This document shows positions 1 to 13,033 of a DNA stretch of 64,000 nt, in pieces (the first letter of the stretch is position 1; each line of letters starts with the position of its first letter). This stretch comes from the human T2T-CHM13v2.0 reference genome, Homo sapiens, in assembly GCF_009914755.1 (NCBI RefSeq), contig NC_060935.1. One strand, 5' to 3'. The notes beneath the pieces were generated by a model. It searched no databases. It was given only the letters and a program-made list of their open reading frames with translations, and was not told the origin of the DNA. The position numbers and the translations under genes were made by a program.

Positions 1-971
1 AAAAGACATAAAAATAATGCCATGATATAAGGAATACGCACTATCATAGTAACCTCCCTGGCCACAGAAACCATGCTACAAGCCCATCTGGGGTGGGATG
101 CTGGCTGCCTTTGCCACTTTTAAATGGGCATTGTCATGATAGTATAAATCCCATCAATTCAGTAGATGGGTGGATAAGTAAAGATTTCCCCCCAAACCTT
201 TAGGCAGAAGTGGGTTTTTGGTTGGTTGGCATTTTTATTTCCCCCCTCTTTTGACTTTCACTTTTAAATGTTACTATTGTAGGCCACAGGCATGACAGGC
301 AATAAGCAGGTGAAGAACCAATGGAAAAGTGTTTTAAAACTCCTGTGTTAGCTAACAGGCTCTTGAATATATCACTGTGGTCCACAGAGAGGGCTGGAGT
401 AGGTAGCAAGGAGATGCTGTGTCAGCTACTACAGCCTCAAAACAAAGTTGATGTCTGTCTGGACTTTAAACTTGTTCCTATACAGCTTAATTTATTTTTG
501 TTTAATCAAATAAACAAGAAGGTTTTTCCATTAAAAAAATGTCTTTACGGTCTCTTAAATAATGTACTTGGTTAATTAAGAAAGTACTACCATATGTTAA
601 GATCACTGAAAAGAGAGGCTGATATCTTTTTGTCTAAGCCCTTCATTTTACTCAGAAGATTCTGAATCTTCAGAGTTAAAAGCCAAAGAAGAGGTGGTAG
701 ATCCTTTACAGGCCCCAACTATCTATGCTACTATAATTCAACAGGGCACCTAAAGGGCTTCCTATGTTCCTCTACACCACACTGAGTCACTTAGCTCTGC
801 CCTCATCCATCCAAATCCAAGGCAAGGGAAATTTAAACTAGAGGGCCACACATTATGAAAAGTGTACATCCAAATGATTTCCATCAGCAGATTTCTGACA
901 CCATTCCCTTCTCCCCGCTCCTCCTTCCCAAACGAATGCTTGTTGTAAATGCACTAGCCAAGTCAACTCAC

Positions 972-1123
972 CTGCTATCTGGGGCCTCTTCTTTCTCATA
1001 GATGCTCTGATGATATCTGCGCCATGGATTTTGTCCCTGTGCCTTTTTGCCTTGGCTTCATAAAACCATTGGCCACTCATATTCTTCAGCTGCTGGTCAT
1101 CCTTAATTTTTTCAGGCAAATGT
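972..1123 (-). CDS. SYTL2: SYTL2 second coding exon (152 nt): (R)[50 protein letters not shown], with the SGxWF Rab27-binding motif
   Basis: Inside ORF 853..1212; acceptor ttttccttttgtag at 1125-1124, donor G|GTGAGT at 971; phase joins the upstream exon (AG|A = Arg). Confidence 0.96.
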
Positions 1124-3059
1124 CTACAAAAGGAAAAGATCTTTAGTTTGCTGAGAACCCACAGTAAATAAATGAGTTCATTATGACACCGCATAAAGAC
1201 ATGTGTAAACACACAGATAAAATGAAGCTTTAATATTTCAGATGATCCCAGAAACTTCCCAGATGACTAACAAGTGTATGTTCACCTTTGAAAAGTCAGA
1301 GAAGACAAGGCCAACATTTTTTCAAATAAAGGTTTAATCCACGATTCCCGTATGATGCCTGAAATTTCTCAAGAGCAGATTCACTTTTTGGCTGCATTCT
1401 TCAGTGTCTGCTGTTCAAATGCAAATACCCCAGGGAGGGATAATACGGTAGGCTTCCCTAAGCCTTGGTTTCCTTATCCGTAAAAAAGCATTAGTAATAG
1501 TAACCTTTGGACTTTAAAATTGGGGTTTCTTTGAGGTTTAACCGAGTGAATTCATTCAATAGCTCTCTGCACCTCCCTGGCACCTAATAAACACTGGATG
1601 GGGTAGTCATTAGCTCATCAGTCCTTTCCATTTTGGGTGATATGAGTTTATTAGAGACTTTCCTGGAAGCCTGTGGAGGAGGAGTGATGTCTCTGATGCT
1701 TATTGTTAGGGAAAGGCATCTTTAAAAGGCTGCTGGAATCAGGGAAGACCAAAATTGAGGAGGAGTGTGTACAGGCAAGTTCCATTTGTGCAGATCCTGC
1801 ATTTAAGAGTTTCACAATTATTCATGCTTACTGAAAAGCTAAAACCTAAAGAACAAACAAGATAGTCTGCCCTCCTAAAACTTCCCTAAAAACTTTGTTC
1901 TAACTGACAAGTCTTAACCTCTCCATCTCTCTATCCATCTCAGTAAAATAAAAAAATCACAAAATCTCTCTTGTTTATAGAGATGTACTTAGAATAAAGT
2001 GGAATAAAAGCTGTAAGGGAACACTATACTCTTGGAAGATAATGTGCTAACATAAATCCAAGAGGGTTTTAAGATAGTCATACAAACTAATATGCACTCT
2101 TCCTCAATTAGCAAATCAAAGTGCTTCAGGCAGAGAATGTGAATGGGCCAAGGTGGTAGCAGCGCTGCATGTAAGGGTTGCACACAGGCATACCTGGGAG
2201 TGGGAAAAAGAGGGGGAGCAGTTATCCCAGGTCTAGCAAGAATGTCTCCTCTCTCCCAAGCGTGCCTGGAGAGTGTCCTTCCACCCAGAGTAAACTCTTA
2301 CAGGAACTTCCTCTCTTTGTCATGACAGCCCCATCTATAAACCCTAACAGGGAGAGCATCATTGCTTCATAGTTCTCAGTCAGCAACGATATCATGGTTT
2401 TTATTAAATGTTCCTAATGGTTTGACACTGCTTTCAACACTGTTTTCAGCAGAGCAAACAACTGCTGGACTGTTGGTGAACCTTTGCCTTCTCCTCCCAA
2501 AAGGACCAAGTTTGAGTTCAATTCCAGAATGGAGAAGTTCTTCTACTTCTCCCTGGTGAGTTCCTCGGGGCAGGGTCTGTACTCAATACATCTTTGTTTA
2601 GTGTCTGGAAAATACGGGGTATTTATTCAGATCTTGCAGAGTGGAGGAATATCAGATGAGGCTCCTGACCACCTAAAAAGGCTTCAGGTTACCTTTTCAG
2701 ATTCATTTTTCCAGCACTCACGCCCATACCCCACTTGCCAGCAGGCTCAGCTTCTTACAATTCTCCAGTGCTCTTCTGTGACCTCTGTAGATGACAGAGG
2801 CAGGAAGTTGTGGCAGAAAGACTCTGGGTTTTCAAGGCTCCCCAAATTACATCCAAATCTCAGTTCTGACCCTTCCTAGATGGGATCTTGGACAGTTTAC
2901 CAAACTCCTCTAAGCTTTAGTCTCCTTGTTTTTAAGGATCAGGGAAAATAAGACCTACCCTCCAGGACTTCTGAGATGATTGAGATGTTTAACTGAAAGT
3001 ACTTAGTACTGCCTAGATCTTGGTACAAGGCCAGTTAATGTGAAGTCTCATGGGATGTC

Positions 3060-3400
3060 TTTCCCTCACTTCTCTGTCCAGCCCGTTGCTCCTCATCCTT
3101 CAAATCCAGCTCAAACACTGCCTCACTGGGAAGCTTTCCCTAACTCAGGAGGGCACAGTTATTACAGTTTCTCCTTTTCCATTGCTCCCACAGCACCTCC
3201 ACTTCAGTCCTTACTATATCACATTCCAGTGATCTGTTTGCACATCTGTTGTACTCACTAACCTGCGGTCTTTGCAAACTCCTTGAAAGTGAGGACTATG
3301 TCTTAACCACCTTTGTAATGCCAGCACCTAGCACGGAGCCTGGAACAGAGCTGATACCCAATAACTGTCTGTTGAGTGAATAAATCAAAGAACAAATAAA
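3060..3400 (+). mobile_element. L2 LINE 3' fragment
   Basis: Typical L2 3' end (ccagcacctagcac...aataactgtctgttgagtgaataaat); boundaries approximate. Confidence 0.6.
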
Positions 3401-5349
3401 CGCTCAGCAGCCATCCTGAGTCAGGCAAGAGATCAAGAAGATCCTGTCACTGCTGTGATTAAGTGAACCTCAGACCCCATCACAATGATGGTGTCTCCTC
3501 CTGATGCAGCAGGACATGCTCATCTCTCATCAGAACAGGAAAAAACATCATGAAATGTGGTGTCGGTCAGCATTCTTGTTGAAGGAGGCCACAAACCCTT
3601 ATAGCAGAACAACACCCAATTTCTTTTCATAAGATTGTTTATTTTTGTTTTTCAACTAAAATGCACTTTGTGGGGATTCTTGTGCAACCCTTGATCTGTT
3701 CCTGCCTAAATGACTGTCTGTAAGCCCACGATCAATGCACAATGAGCACAGGTTTTGCATCGACTCCCTGAAACACATGGTCCCTACAAAGGCTGACAGC
3801 CATTATAGTAAGGAAAGGGTTTCTGGCTCACTTGTTTTAAAGTGGCAAAAGAACAGGAAATTCTTTCAAATGTAGTTAAGTGCCACTTACATATTTCCTT
3901 ACATGACTATCACTACTAGGTTTAATAATCAACTTCTTTTTCTATCTTAGTCACTTGTACTATTTCGTAGATAAATCCATATGTATAACATCAAAGTTTT
4001 GTAAAGATGTAGATCATTTTTAGAATCCCACTATCTAGTGCTGCTGTTAAAATCTTCTCGTTTTCCAGCCCACGTTCATCTCTCATTTTTTTCTGAACTC
4101 TAATTACATCAACAAAATGAGCATTTGATTCTCTAATTATCGTACCATCTAGATGAAGAGAGAAAGGGGTAAGTTTCTTGGGACTGACATTTATCCTTTA
4201 CCATCCTCTCCACACACACACGTTATGTTTAGCAGAGAGTTAAGTAGAGAGAAGACGCTCAGTAAACACCGGTGGGCTGGTGGGCAGAAGTGAGGGCTGA
4301 AGAAGAGCACTCAATCCAGAAAGTACACTGGCCTGCTGGCCTCCCAGGTGGGATGTCCTGGTCATTCTCTCGTTCATTCTCCCATTCCTTCAGCTAGCAC
4401 ACAGTATCTGCTTTGTGCTGAACCACACATCTGACACTTAACAAGCCTCTTATCATTTCATCCTTACAATTTCACCATGCTGTTCAAAGAATTTCATCCA
4501 TTTCAAAAGATGGCCATTTTACCTCTTCTGTATGCTAAAAGCCATATCTAAACCCTGTCTGGCTATTTGTTCACTGACTCATTAATTCCCATACCAGCCA
4601 TCTGCTTCAAATTGGACATTAAAAATTCTATCTACAGCCCTAACTGTCAATGTCAACTCCTTTTCATGCCAAGAGTGTGAGCACTTACAGAGGAAAGCCA
4701 GAAGAGCAGAAATGCCCTCTGGGCTGGATTCAACACATTTGCCCTCAGCCTACCCCTTTTCTCCTTGTGCTCACTTATGTACACCTCAGCTTCCAGCTAC
4801 TCAACAGGACTAGGCAAAGCTCGAACATCACCTGCAGGACCTGGTTCATAGTATTTAGTCAACTGTGGACAGCTGCTGGCCAGATAGGTTGACTGGTCTA
4901 TTCTCCAGCCTTTCTTTTTTCATCTTGCCCAGAATATACTGGGCAAGATGTTTAGACTGTGTGATTTGGAGGTGCTCTCAGATGTTTGTTTTGAATGTGA
5001 GAGCTGAAAGGTACCTTAGATAGTTACAAATGACCTCACTTTCTAGATAAAATGATAGAAGCCCAGAGAAGTTAAGAGGCTTGCCCAAGGTCACACAGAG
5101 CTGGCAGCAGAAGCCAGTCTGACTCCCAGCCAACACACTTTCTACTACCCGATCCTGCCTCAGAGAGCCAAACATGATTTCGGTTTCTAAGATGGCTGTC
5201 ACACTTCACTCTTTCTCCTAAGGAACTCAATCTTTGATGAAGAATCTGAAAACCAACATGTGGAAAACAAACTACAAACCTTCCTTAGAGTAGAAAACAA
5301 GAAATATCCACCTTTTACATGACACATCGTAGATCTCTGCAGTCTGCTG

Positions 5350-5545
5350 AGAGGCAGCACAGTGTAAGGGAAGTGCACAGGCCTTGATGTTGGATCAACA
5401 AGGCTTCAATCCTGCGGGGCACTTACCCTCTTCAACCCTATCTCCTCATCTGTTAAGTGGATTCAGCTACACTGTTTTGAAGATGAAATAGGAAAATCTA
5501 TGTGAAGATCCATGTACAGTCCCTTGACAAATGTTAGTTCCTTTC
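5350..5545 (+). mobile_element. MIR SINE (antisense to SYTL2)
   Basis: MIR-core-like cacttaccctc...ctcctcatctgttaagtgg and aaatgttagt tail. Confidence 0.65.
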
Positions 5546-5613
5546 CCCTTTGCTTTGACAGAAAAACACCATGAGAGGTCCTGGAAATTAGTCCTTCAAT
5601 GACAACTGCCTTC

Positions 5614-5616
<3 letters not shown>

Positions 5617-5651
<35 letters not shown>
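5617..5651. repeat. A35 homopolymer with no attached Alu or L1 body
   Basis: Direct count. Confidence 0.9.
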
Positions 5652-5652
<1 letters not shown>

Positions 5653-6319
5653 ACAACTAGGTCTAAGGAGGCAGCTGAGAATCATAAGATGTGGTGGCGG
5701 TTGAGATCGTATCTACTGCAAAAACACCCATCGCTGTAGATGTGGTTGTGTGTATATGGGGGTGGGGGATGCAGTGCTGGTGGTGGTGTACAGACAGACA
5801 TGAGCAGCAATTTCCTGCTGGCAGTGTGACGCAAAGCACAGGAAATGCCACCTTTTGAGTATGTGATTTTCAAACCATAAAAGACTAAAATTACATATGT
5901 GTATGTATGGTTATGTTTCCTTAAAGGTGGGTCAGGGCAGCAGGAGAGAAGACACAGGATAGGGGTGGAAGAGAGAGAAAGAATCCACCCTGATGTCTCC
6001 TTCACTGCTGGTCTGTGAAATGTCTCCACATGGGAGTTAGGGAAGCAGGCTGTGTAGCGATACATGGTAATAACTGGGTCCAGTACTTGTGGCTACAGGT
6101 AGTGGAGCAACATAAAAGACAGTGTGGTAGCAACAGTGATCTGGAACCGTTATTGTCTCAGCTGTACCCCAGAGACACCCCAGTGACTATTTCCTTGGGT
6201 ACGAGTCCATGTTCTACCATTAACAGACCAAGTGATTTAGGAACTGGATATGTCTCTGTGCAACACTCACTTTTCCTATCCATGAAATCAAGATGGGAAG
6301 TAACAAAACCTTTTTTTTT

Positions 6320-6487
6320 AATTAGCTGGATGTGGTAGTACACACATGTGGTTTTAGCTACTTGGGAGACAGGAGGATCACTTGAGCCCAGGAGTTGGAG
6401 GCTGCACTGAGCTATGATTGCCTCACTGCACTCCAGCCTGGGTCACAGAGAGAAACTCTCTTTTTAAAAAAAAAAAAAAAAAAAAAA
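6320..6487 (+). mobile_element. Alu right monomer (FRAM/AluJ-like, 5' truncated)
   Basis: Right-arm sequence plus A tail; TSD aagatgggaagt(a/g)aca at 6290-6305 and 6486-6501. Confidence 0.88.
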
Positions 6488-9400
6488 GATGGGAAGTGAC
6501 ATATAAACTAAATCATCTCCAAAGTATCTTGAATGAGCTTGGCTGTGAACAAGTCAAAGCACTGGACATATTAGGAATGGCAACATTTCCATTTGAATGC
6601 CAGATCTCATCTACCGCCATACTGAAAAAGATTCTAAAGTGATATCTGGTCTTGCAGGCAACAGTGGTGTATCCATTAGTGATGTCCTCTTGGCTACGGG
6701 AGAGTTATACTCCAAAGTCTATAAAACATTAGTATTTAAAAGAAAAGTCTGAATTTTAGTAATAAATTGGCCTTTCTAATGATGTTTTGATTGGGCTGAT
6801 ATAATTATATAATGTGTTTCTAAGCCAAATAACGCCTAGGAGGAATGAGGCATTGTAAAGTCATGTTAGGGAAACAAAATTGAGATTTTAAATTTGCAAC
6901 TGATAATCCATTAAATGGATAAAGGTCATTAGATAGTAAATTCCTTGAGAGCTGGGGCCATGTTTTCAATCACCCTGGAATTCTCTTCATATCATTGTCC
7001 AGAGCAGTTCCTTGTACTTAATAGGTGCTCAATTAACTTCTACTACATTGAATAATTAAGAGTTTTAGGAGTAATTTCCTTCTAAGGAATCAGTCTACTA
7101 ACTAGAATCTCCTGCCCCTTTTTGGAGGTATAGGTAGAGTGGTGAATAAAGGAATTAAAATGAACTATCACATATTATGTGCCAGGAAGATTAAAAATTA
7201 TTTTTAATTTAATTGACAAATAATAATTTTATATATTCATGAGGAAACAGTGATGTTTTGATATACATAACATATAGTCATCAGGTCACTGTAATTTTGT
7301 ATCCTTTATCAAATCTCTCGCTATCTCTTGCTTCCTAAAAATTATTTTACTTAATCCTGACATTAATCTTTTGAATTTAAATGTAGTATTATGATCATGC
7401 CCACTCTGAGTTGAGGCTCAGAGAGGTTAAATAACTTGCCCAGTGAAACACAGTTCATTAGTGGTAGGAATGAGATGCAAACGCATGTCAGTTTCATCTC
7501 CGGTTCCAAGCAGCAGAGTTTTTTGTGTCATGATCAAACCCTTACTGTTCCTTTCTGAAAGAATAACAACGATGAGCAGAATAGAGCAGAGGGAAAAGCA
7601 CCGGCCCAAGAGATTTCTCATCATGGCTTTGGCACTGACTTAATGTGTGGCCCTGGGCAAGTCATTTACCCTTTCTGGGCTTTATCTTTTTTTCTGTAAA
7701 ATGACTGATATGGAACAACAACAAAAAAAAATTTCATAGTTATTAGGCTATAACTCTGGTAGAAGAGGCAAAGACAAACAGCAATGGAATGGAAAAGGCG
7801 CTGACAAACAAAAGCCCATGGAGTAACATTTTCAGAGATCCAGTTCTGGTTCCACCATCCGAGGAGCAGAACAACCTCCAAACTATCCCCACAAGTCCCT
7901 TCAGGCCTAAAGCAAAGAGGGGGTCAGGCTATGAGTTGAGCCTTTTTCAGGGTCCACAAGCCATAGGTCTGCCATCTATCTGTGCACTGTCACTGCTCCC
8001 TAGCTCCAGGGTCCTGAAACTGTCCATGGCCAAGTCCACATGAGGTACATGGTGCCTAACTAGAAAGTCTCTTGGGAAAATGATGGTAGGTAGGGCTTGA
8101 CTCACACCAGGCTTTTCACCAATCCAAGCCTTCTTCCTGCCATTTAGTCACAAAAGCAAAACACAAAGGCAGCACCAGTCGCAGCTGCTGGGGCACCTTC
8201 AGAAACAACAGACAGAAGGAGTGTCTGCAACACCAACACTAGGAAGGGACTCACACCATTTTCGCTGAAGTTGTAGATTGGCTGATGCCAGAGGGTACAC
8301 ACTCACACCCCTTATAAGGCCTAATTTCAGGCAGAACTTTGCATTTTTTGAGGATATTTTCATCAGCCAATGCAAGTGCCCAAGAAACACCTTCACTCTA
8401 TTCAGACAGAATCATAGAACTACAGACAAGACTCAGCAGCTTGGAATCCCAGGTGCCAAGAAAAGATAGAAGGGAGGGAGGAAATGAAAGGAGGCTTTCT
8501 CCTCGTAAGCTGACTATCTAGAGGGGCAGAATTGCAGACCATAAATAACACCTCCTGAGCAGAAGGAATCAAAGGTACTTGCACCTCTCCAAAATGCAGG
8601 GGCCCACATCCTGAGGTAGAAAGAGAGACTCAGTGCAGTCCCAGCTCTACTGCTTTCTAAGTCCTTCCCCCAATCTTTTCTTTTGGGAGGGTAAAGGAAA
8701 TACCATTTCCCCTTATGCTTAAAGAATCAATATTTTCTCTATGCTCCCCCACCTCCTGCCCTTACTCCTCAATGGTTGCAATAGTCCCTGCTTTGCCAAA
8801 TGTCAGGGTTGCTGTGAAGAACATAAGAGGATAACATTCATAAAAGGGCTTTATAAACTGTCAATGGGTAGAGGATTAATGCTACCAAGAGGCTCTAATG
8901 CCTGGGTTAGTGACAATCCTTCACCTCTCCTGGGGACACTGTTTAAGGCACACCATTTGCGGAGAAGGCACAGCAGAGCCCCATCCAGGTGTGCATTGCA
9001 AGGGACCTTTGAGGAACAGCATGATCCCCACTACCTACAGCCACTGCTTGTCATCATAGCTCAGTGTCCTACTTCACACCATGACAGCCAGCCCCTTCCT
9101 CCATTGCCAGGTCCTGGGATGGCCTGTCTGTTATTGTTTTCTCAGGGAGAGGAGGTGGAGTTAACAAATGAGTACCTAAGACTGGGATTTGATTCTCACT
9201 TCTGACACCTACCAGTTGTGTGATATTGGGCGAGTCACCTGACTTGTCTCAAAGTCAACTTCCTGACACATCAAATGGGGTAATTATATCCCACTCCACC
9301 CACCAACCGCAAAAGAGTATGTGAGCTCATAAAAAATAATGGGCATGTTAAGCCCTTTGCAACTTGTTAAATACTGTCTATATAGAAGTTATTTTAGTAG

Positions 9401-10323
9401 TCATAATCAGACATTCTGTAGTGGTTGAAGTGAATTCTAGCATGTTCTTTTATAAATCATCCACGTTAAATCAGTGTCAAGATACGGAAATGGTAAAAAT
9501 AAAGCCATTATTCATGGTCCTGTGTCCCAGGAAGTAAGAACATATCTTATGCTCCTTTTGGATAACTCCTGGAGCGAGAATCATAAAATTAATAATACTA
9601 ACTTACATTCAGGAAGCCTGTCGCTGCCTTCAAAGCCCAAGATTACACAGGCAGTAAATGGCAGGGCCTGGACAAAGTCAAGTTCTTCAGCATCCTGGCC
9701 TAGTGCTTGTTTGACAACAAAGGTGAATGAAAGTGGCAGGAATGTTGACATGGAACATTTGGGTTCCACCCAACAAGAATAGTGTATCAAAGTTGCCACT
9801 CCTCTTTATGGGACCCAAGACAAATGAAAAATTGGCTCAGAGAATACTTTCAGTTGCCATTAAAACCAATTCCAACATTTCTGAAAGCATGCAGAAATGT
9901 GAGCTAGTTTAATTTATTTTCTTTTCAAAATTCTAAAAATTTTTTTAAAATTCTAATTTGGTTCATGATTCAGTTAAAAAAAAGTAGATCCAGTTTTTTT
10001 AAGTGGATAGAAATACACACACACACACAAATGTAGATGTATGTGGTTGTATACATTTCATTTTTATCTCAGTATTTAATAAGTTAAAGGAATTTAGTTA
10101 GGTTTTTAATCAAGACCCTATTTCTGGTAGGAGTCCAGTAGGATAAATTAAGAGGCACCAAGAGGAAAAATGTTTTGTCCAGGAAGTAAACCTAAAATTG
10201 GAATCCATAAATTCAGTCTTCGAGTCAGAACTACCACTTATAGTTGAAAAAAACCCCAGTGTCCTATTTTCGTACAGACTGCCTCTTCCTTCCCTCATGC
10301 CCAAGGCTTCTCTGGCCTCTTAC

Positions 10324-10424
10324 CTGACTCTCTCTTCTTCGGCCCTCTTCAGAGCAGCATCCCGCTGCAAAACCTTCATGATGGCCTCTTGTTCCTCTTC
10401 AGTCAGGAAGCTTAAGTCAATCAT
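10324..10424 (-). CDS. SYTL2: SYTL2 first coding exon portion (101 nt): [33 protein letters not shown](R), SHD1 helix of the Slp homology domain
   Basis: Manual minus-strand translation from ATG at 10424 (context tcaaaATGa); ends AG|GTAAGA (donor GT 10323-10322), phase 2; matches the Slp2-a N-terminus as recalled. Confidence 0.96.
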
Positions 10425-10813
10425 TTTGAAAAGTGCATGCAAAAATAATAGCAACAAATGTGGCTCAAAATTCTCAGGGCTGAACAACTAAGACTGCAAC
10501 CAGGAAGATTAAAACACACAAAAATGAAATATCTTGTTCAGTTCTGCATCAAAGTCTTATTTTGGCTCAGCAAAAGTTTAGGGCAGCTGATAGCAAGATC
10601 CTAAGTGCTCTTTCCCATGAGGAAGTCCTGGTCTGTGGGATAGTGTCGAGAAGAGGCTCTCAGAAGGATGCTGTATTCCTTGCCAAACAGGTCGCTTGTT
10701 CCTATGGTGGCTTCCAGCACACTCACTCTCTGGTCCAGTCTTAGACACAGTTTATTCTCTCTCTGCACCTGTCGTCAATTCATAAGAGGCAGCAGCATCA
10801 GAGCATCACCTAC
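10425..10813 (-). other. SYTL2: 5'UTR part of the ATG-containing exon (389 nt)
   Basis: Pyrimidine-rich tract then ccccag| at 10815-10814 on the minus strand; a second AG lies 4 nt downstream (gtag). Confidence 0.75.
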
Positions 10814-11636
10814 CTGGGGAATCATGAGACAGCAAACACCAGACAGTGAGAGGCAGTTCCTATAAGCACTACTCATTACTACAAGATTTTTAAATGGCCA
10901 TGCGAGATGGTCTCTGAGATCAAGGAAACCAGTTCAGCCAGCTTCCTGAGCAAATGGTAAATGGGTCATGAAACATGCTTCAACCCTATTCCAGACGGCC
11001 AAGATGGAGAACCCACAAAAATGCCTGTCAGTGTTTAACGATCCACCTGAGTAAAGGATGGTTGCAAAAATGAACTGGTTCTCTCTCTGCAAACTCTGGG
11101 GATGCTAGGCTAAAAAGTCATGTTAAAGGTCAGTAAGATCAGGGATATGTGATTCCAGTGGTCAAGCAAGAATCTAGAAATAAAAATTTTAAATGCTCAC
11201 CTCTTCACAAGTAAGAATATTCCACTGTACTATATATGTGCTCCATATTAACAGGAGAACTAGTATTAGATAGAGATAGTTTGCAGAAGAGTGAGAATTG
11301 TTATTCTTCATCCAGTCTCACTGCTAACCTTTGCTGGACCTAGAGGAACCTAACAAGCTTGTCTACTTTCATTTCTCAGGGGAAAAACACCTACCTGTGT
11401 GTGTATATAAACTGGAGGAAAGGAAGAGGCAGAGTTTCAAAACACCTCACCATCCAAAGTGAGGATTTTTCAGTTGCACAATGTGCAAGAATCCTATTTT
11501 CTTTGAGGCATCTTCAATACATATGTAATGGGAAGGAAGTGAGAAGTGAAGAATGACACAGCCCTACAGAAATTCGGAGGTGATCCACTCAAGGTTGGGG
11601 CACTTTTAACAAGTGCAGTGCTGAACATACACACTA

Positions 11637-12027
<391 letters not shown>

Positions 12028-12659
12028 TTATAAAAATTAATTACTTGAAAAACAGAATTACTGGGAAGTTATCCTTCTACCACTTACTAGCTATAAGTCA
12101 TTGGGCAAGTTACCGACCACTGTGAAGCTGTTTTCTCATTTGTGCTTGACATTAGGATGTCCCTCACAGATTGTAAGGATTAAATGAAATAATGAATATA
12201 AAAAGAGCACATGTCTTGCATTCTGTACCAATAGCTACTAAAACTATATTCTAGCTTCCGCTCTGAGTTCACACTTTTTTTCCATCCAGCTGAATAAGAC
12301 TATACTTAGTAATATATTTCTCTTTTGTATTATGTCTCTTTCTGATCTCCCCCCATGAAGTTTGGGCTTCATTGACAGGGAATCTAATGACCTTTGTTTT
12401 AATTTCCTCTAGCTCTCTGCATACTGTCCACAGTAATTACTCAAATAAATATTAAGACATTACTTTTCTTTTTAATTTGCATGTGCTTGCATATGCTACT
12501 ACCTGCTTGTTCATCTTGAAAACTACTTACCCTTCAAGACAGATCAAAGTTACCACCTCCATGAAGCCTTCCATAACTTCCATACCCCAGGTTAAAGTTG
12601 CAGCAGATTCAATGATTATTCCTAACTCTTCATTTCCTCCCTGTAACAGAACTATACTA

Positions 12660-13033
12660 TCATGTTCCCACCAGAGTAAGCAAAGAATTCATCCCTATCC
12701 TCCTAATGTTGGGCTTGGCCTGTGACTCGCTTTGGCCAATGGAATGTTAGCAAATGTGATGCAAGCATAGGCTGTAAATGTGCTTTTGTGGTTTGATCTG
12801 GCTTCTTGTATTCCTGCCACATGCCATGAGAAGAGCTTGTCCCAGTTATTCATTGCCTCTTCATCCTGGGTTCCAGAAAGAGATAAAAGGACAGACCTGA
12901 ACCTGACCTCCCTGAAGCAGGTATCCCTGCTGACCTATAGATATAAAAGAAAAAACTAAGTATTTGTTGTTGGAAGCCACTGAGGTTTGGGAGTTGTTAT
13001 ACGATACTCCCGCAGCAGGAACCTGCTAATACA
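12660..13033 (+). mobile_element. MLT1-family (ERVL-MaLR) LTR remnant
   Basis: ctttggccaatggaatgt...aagccactgaggtttgggagttgtta...ctaataca hallmarks; left boundary approximate. Confidence 0.7.

Larger units (their letters stand above)
1124..10323 (-). other. SYTL2: Intron between the two coding exons (9.2 kb)
   Basis: GT at 10323, AG at 1124, compatible phases. Confidence 0.9.

Noticed and set aside
853-1212. 119-aa ORF as a standalone gene
   Set aside because: Only 972-1123 is the SYTL2 exon; the flanks are intronic read-through past canonical splice sites
8741-9205. 154-aa plus-strand ORF
   Set aside because: Overlaps MIR-like sequence, no domain similarity or splice support; length is within chance range
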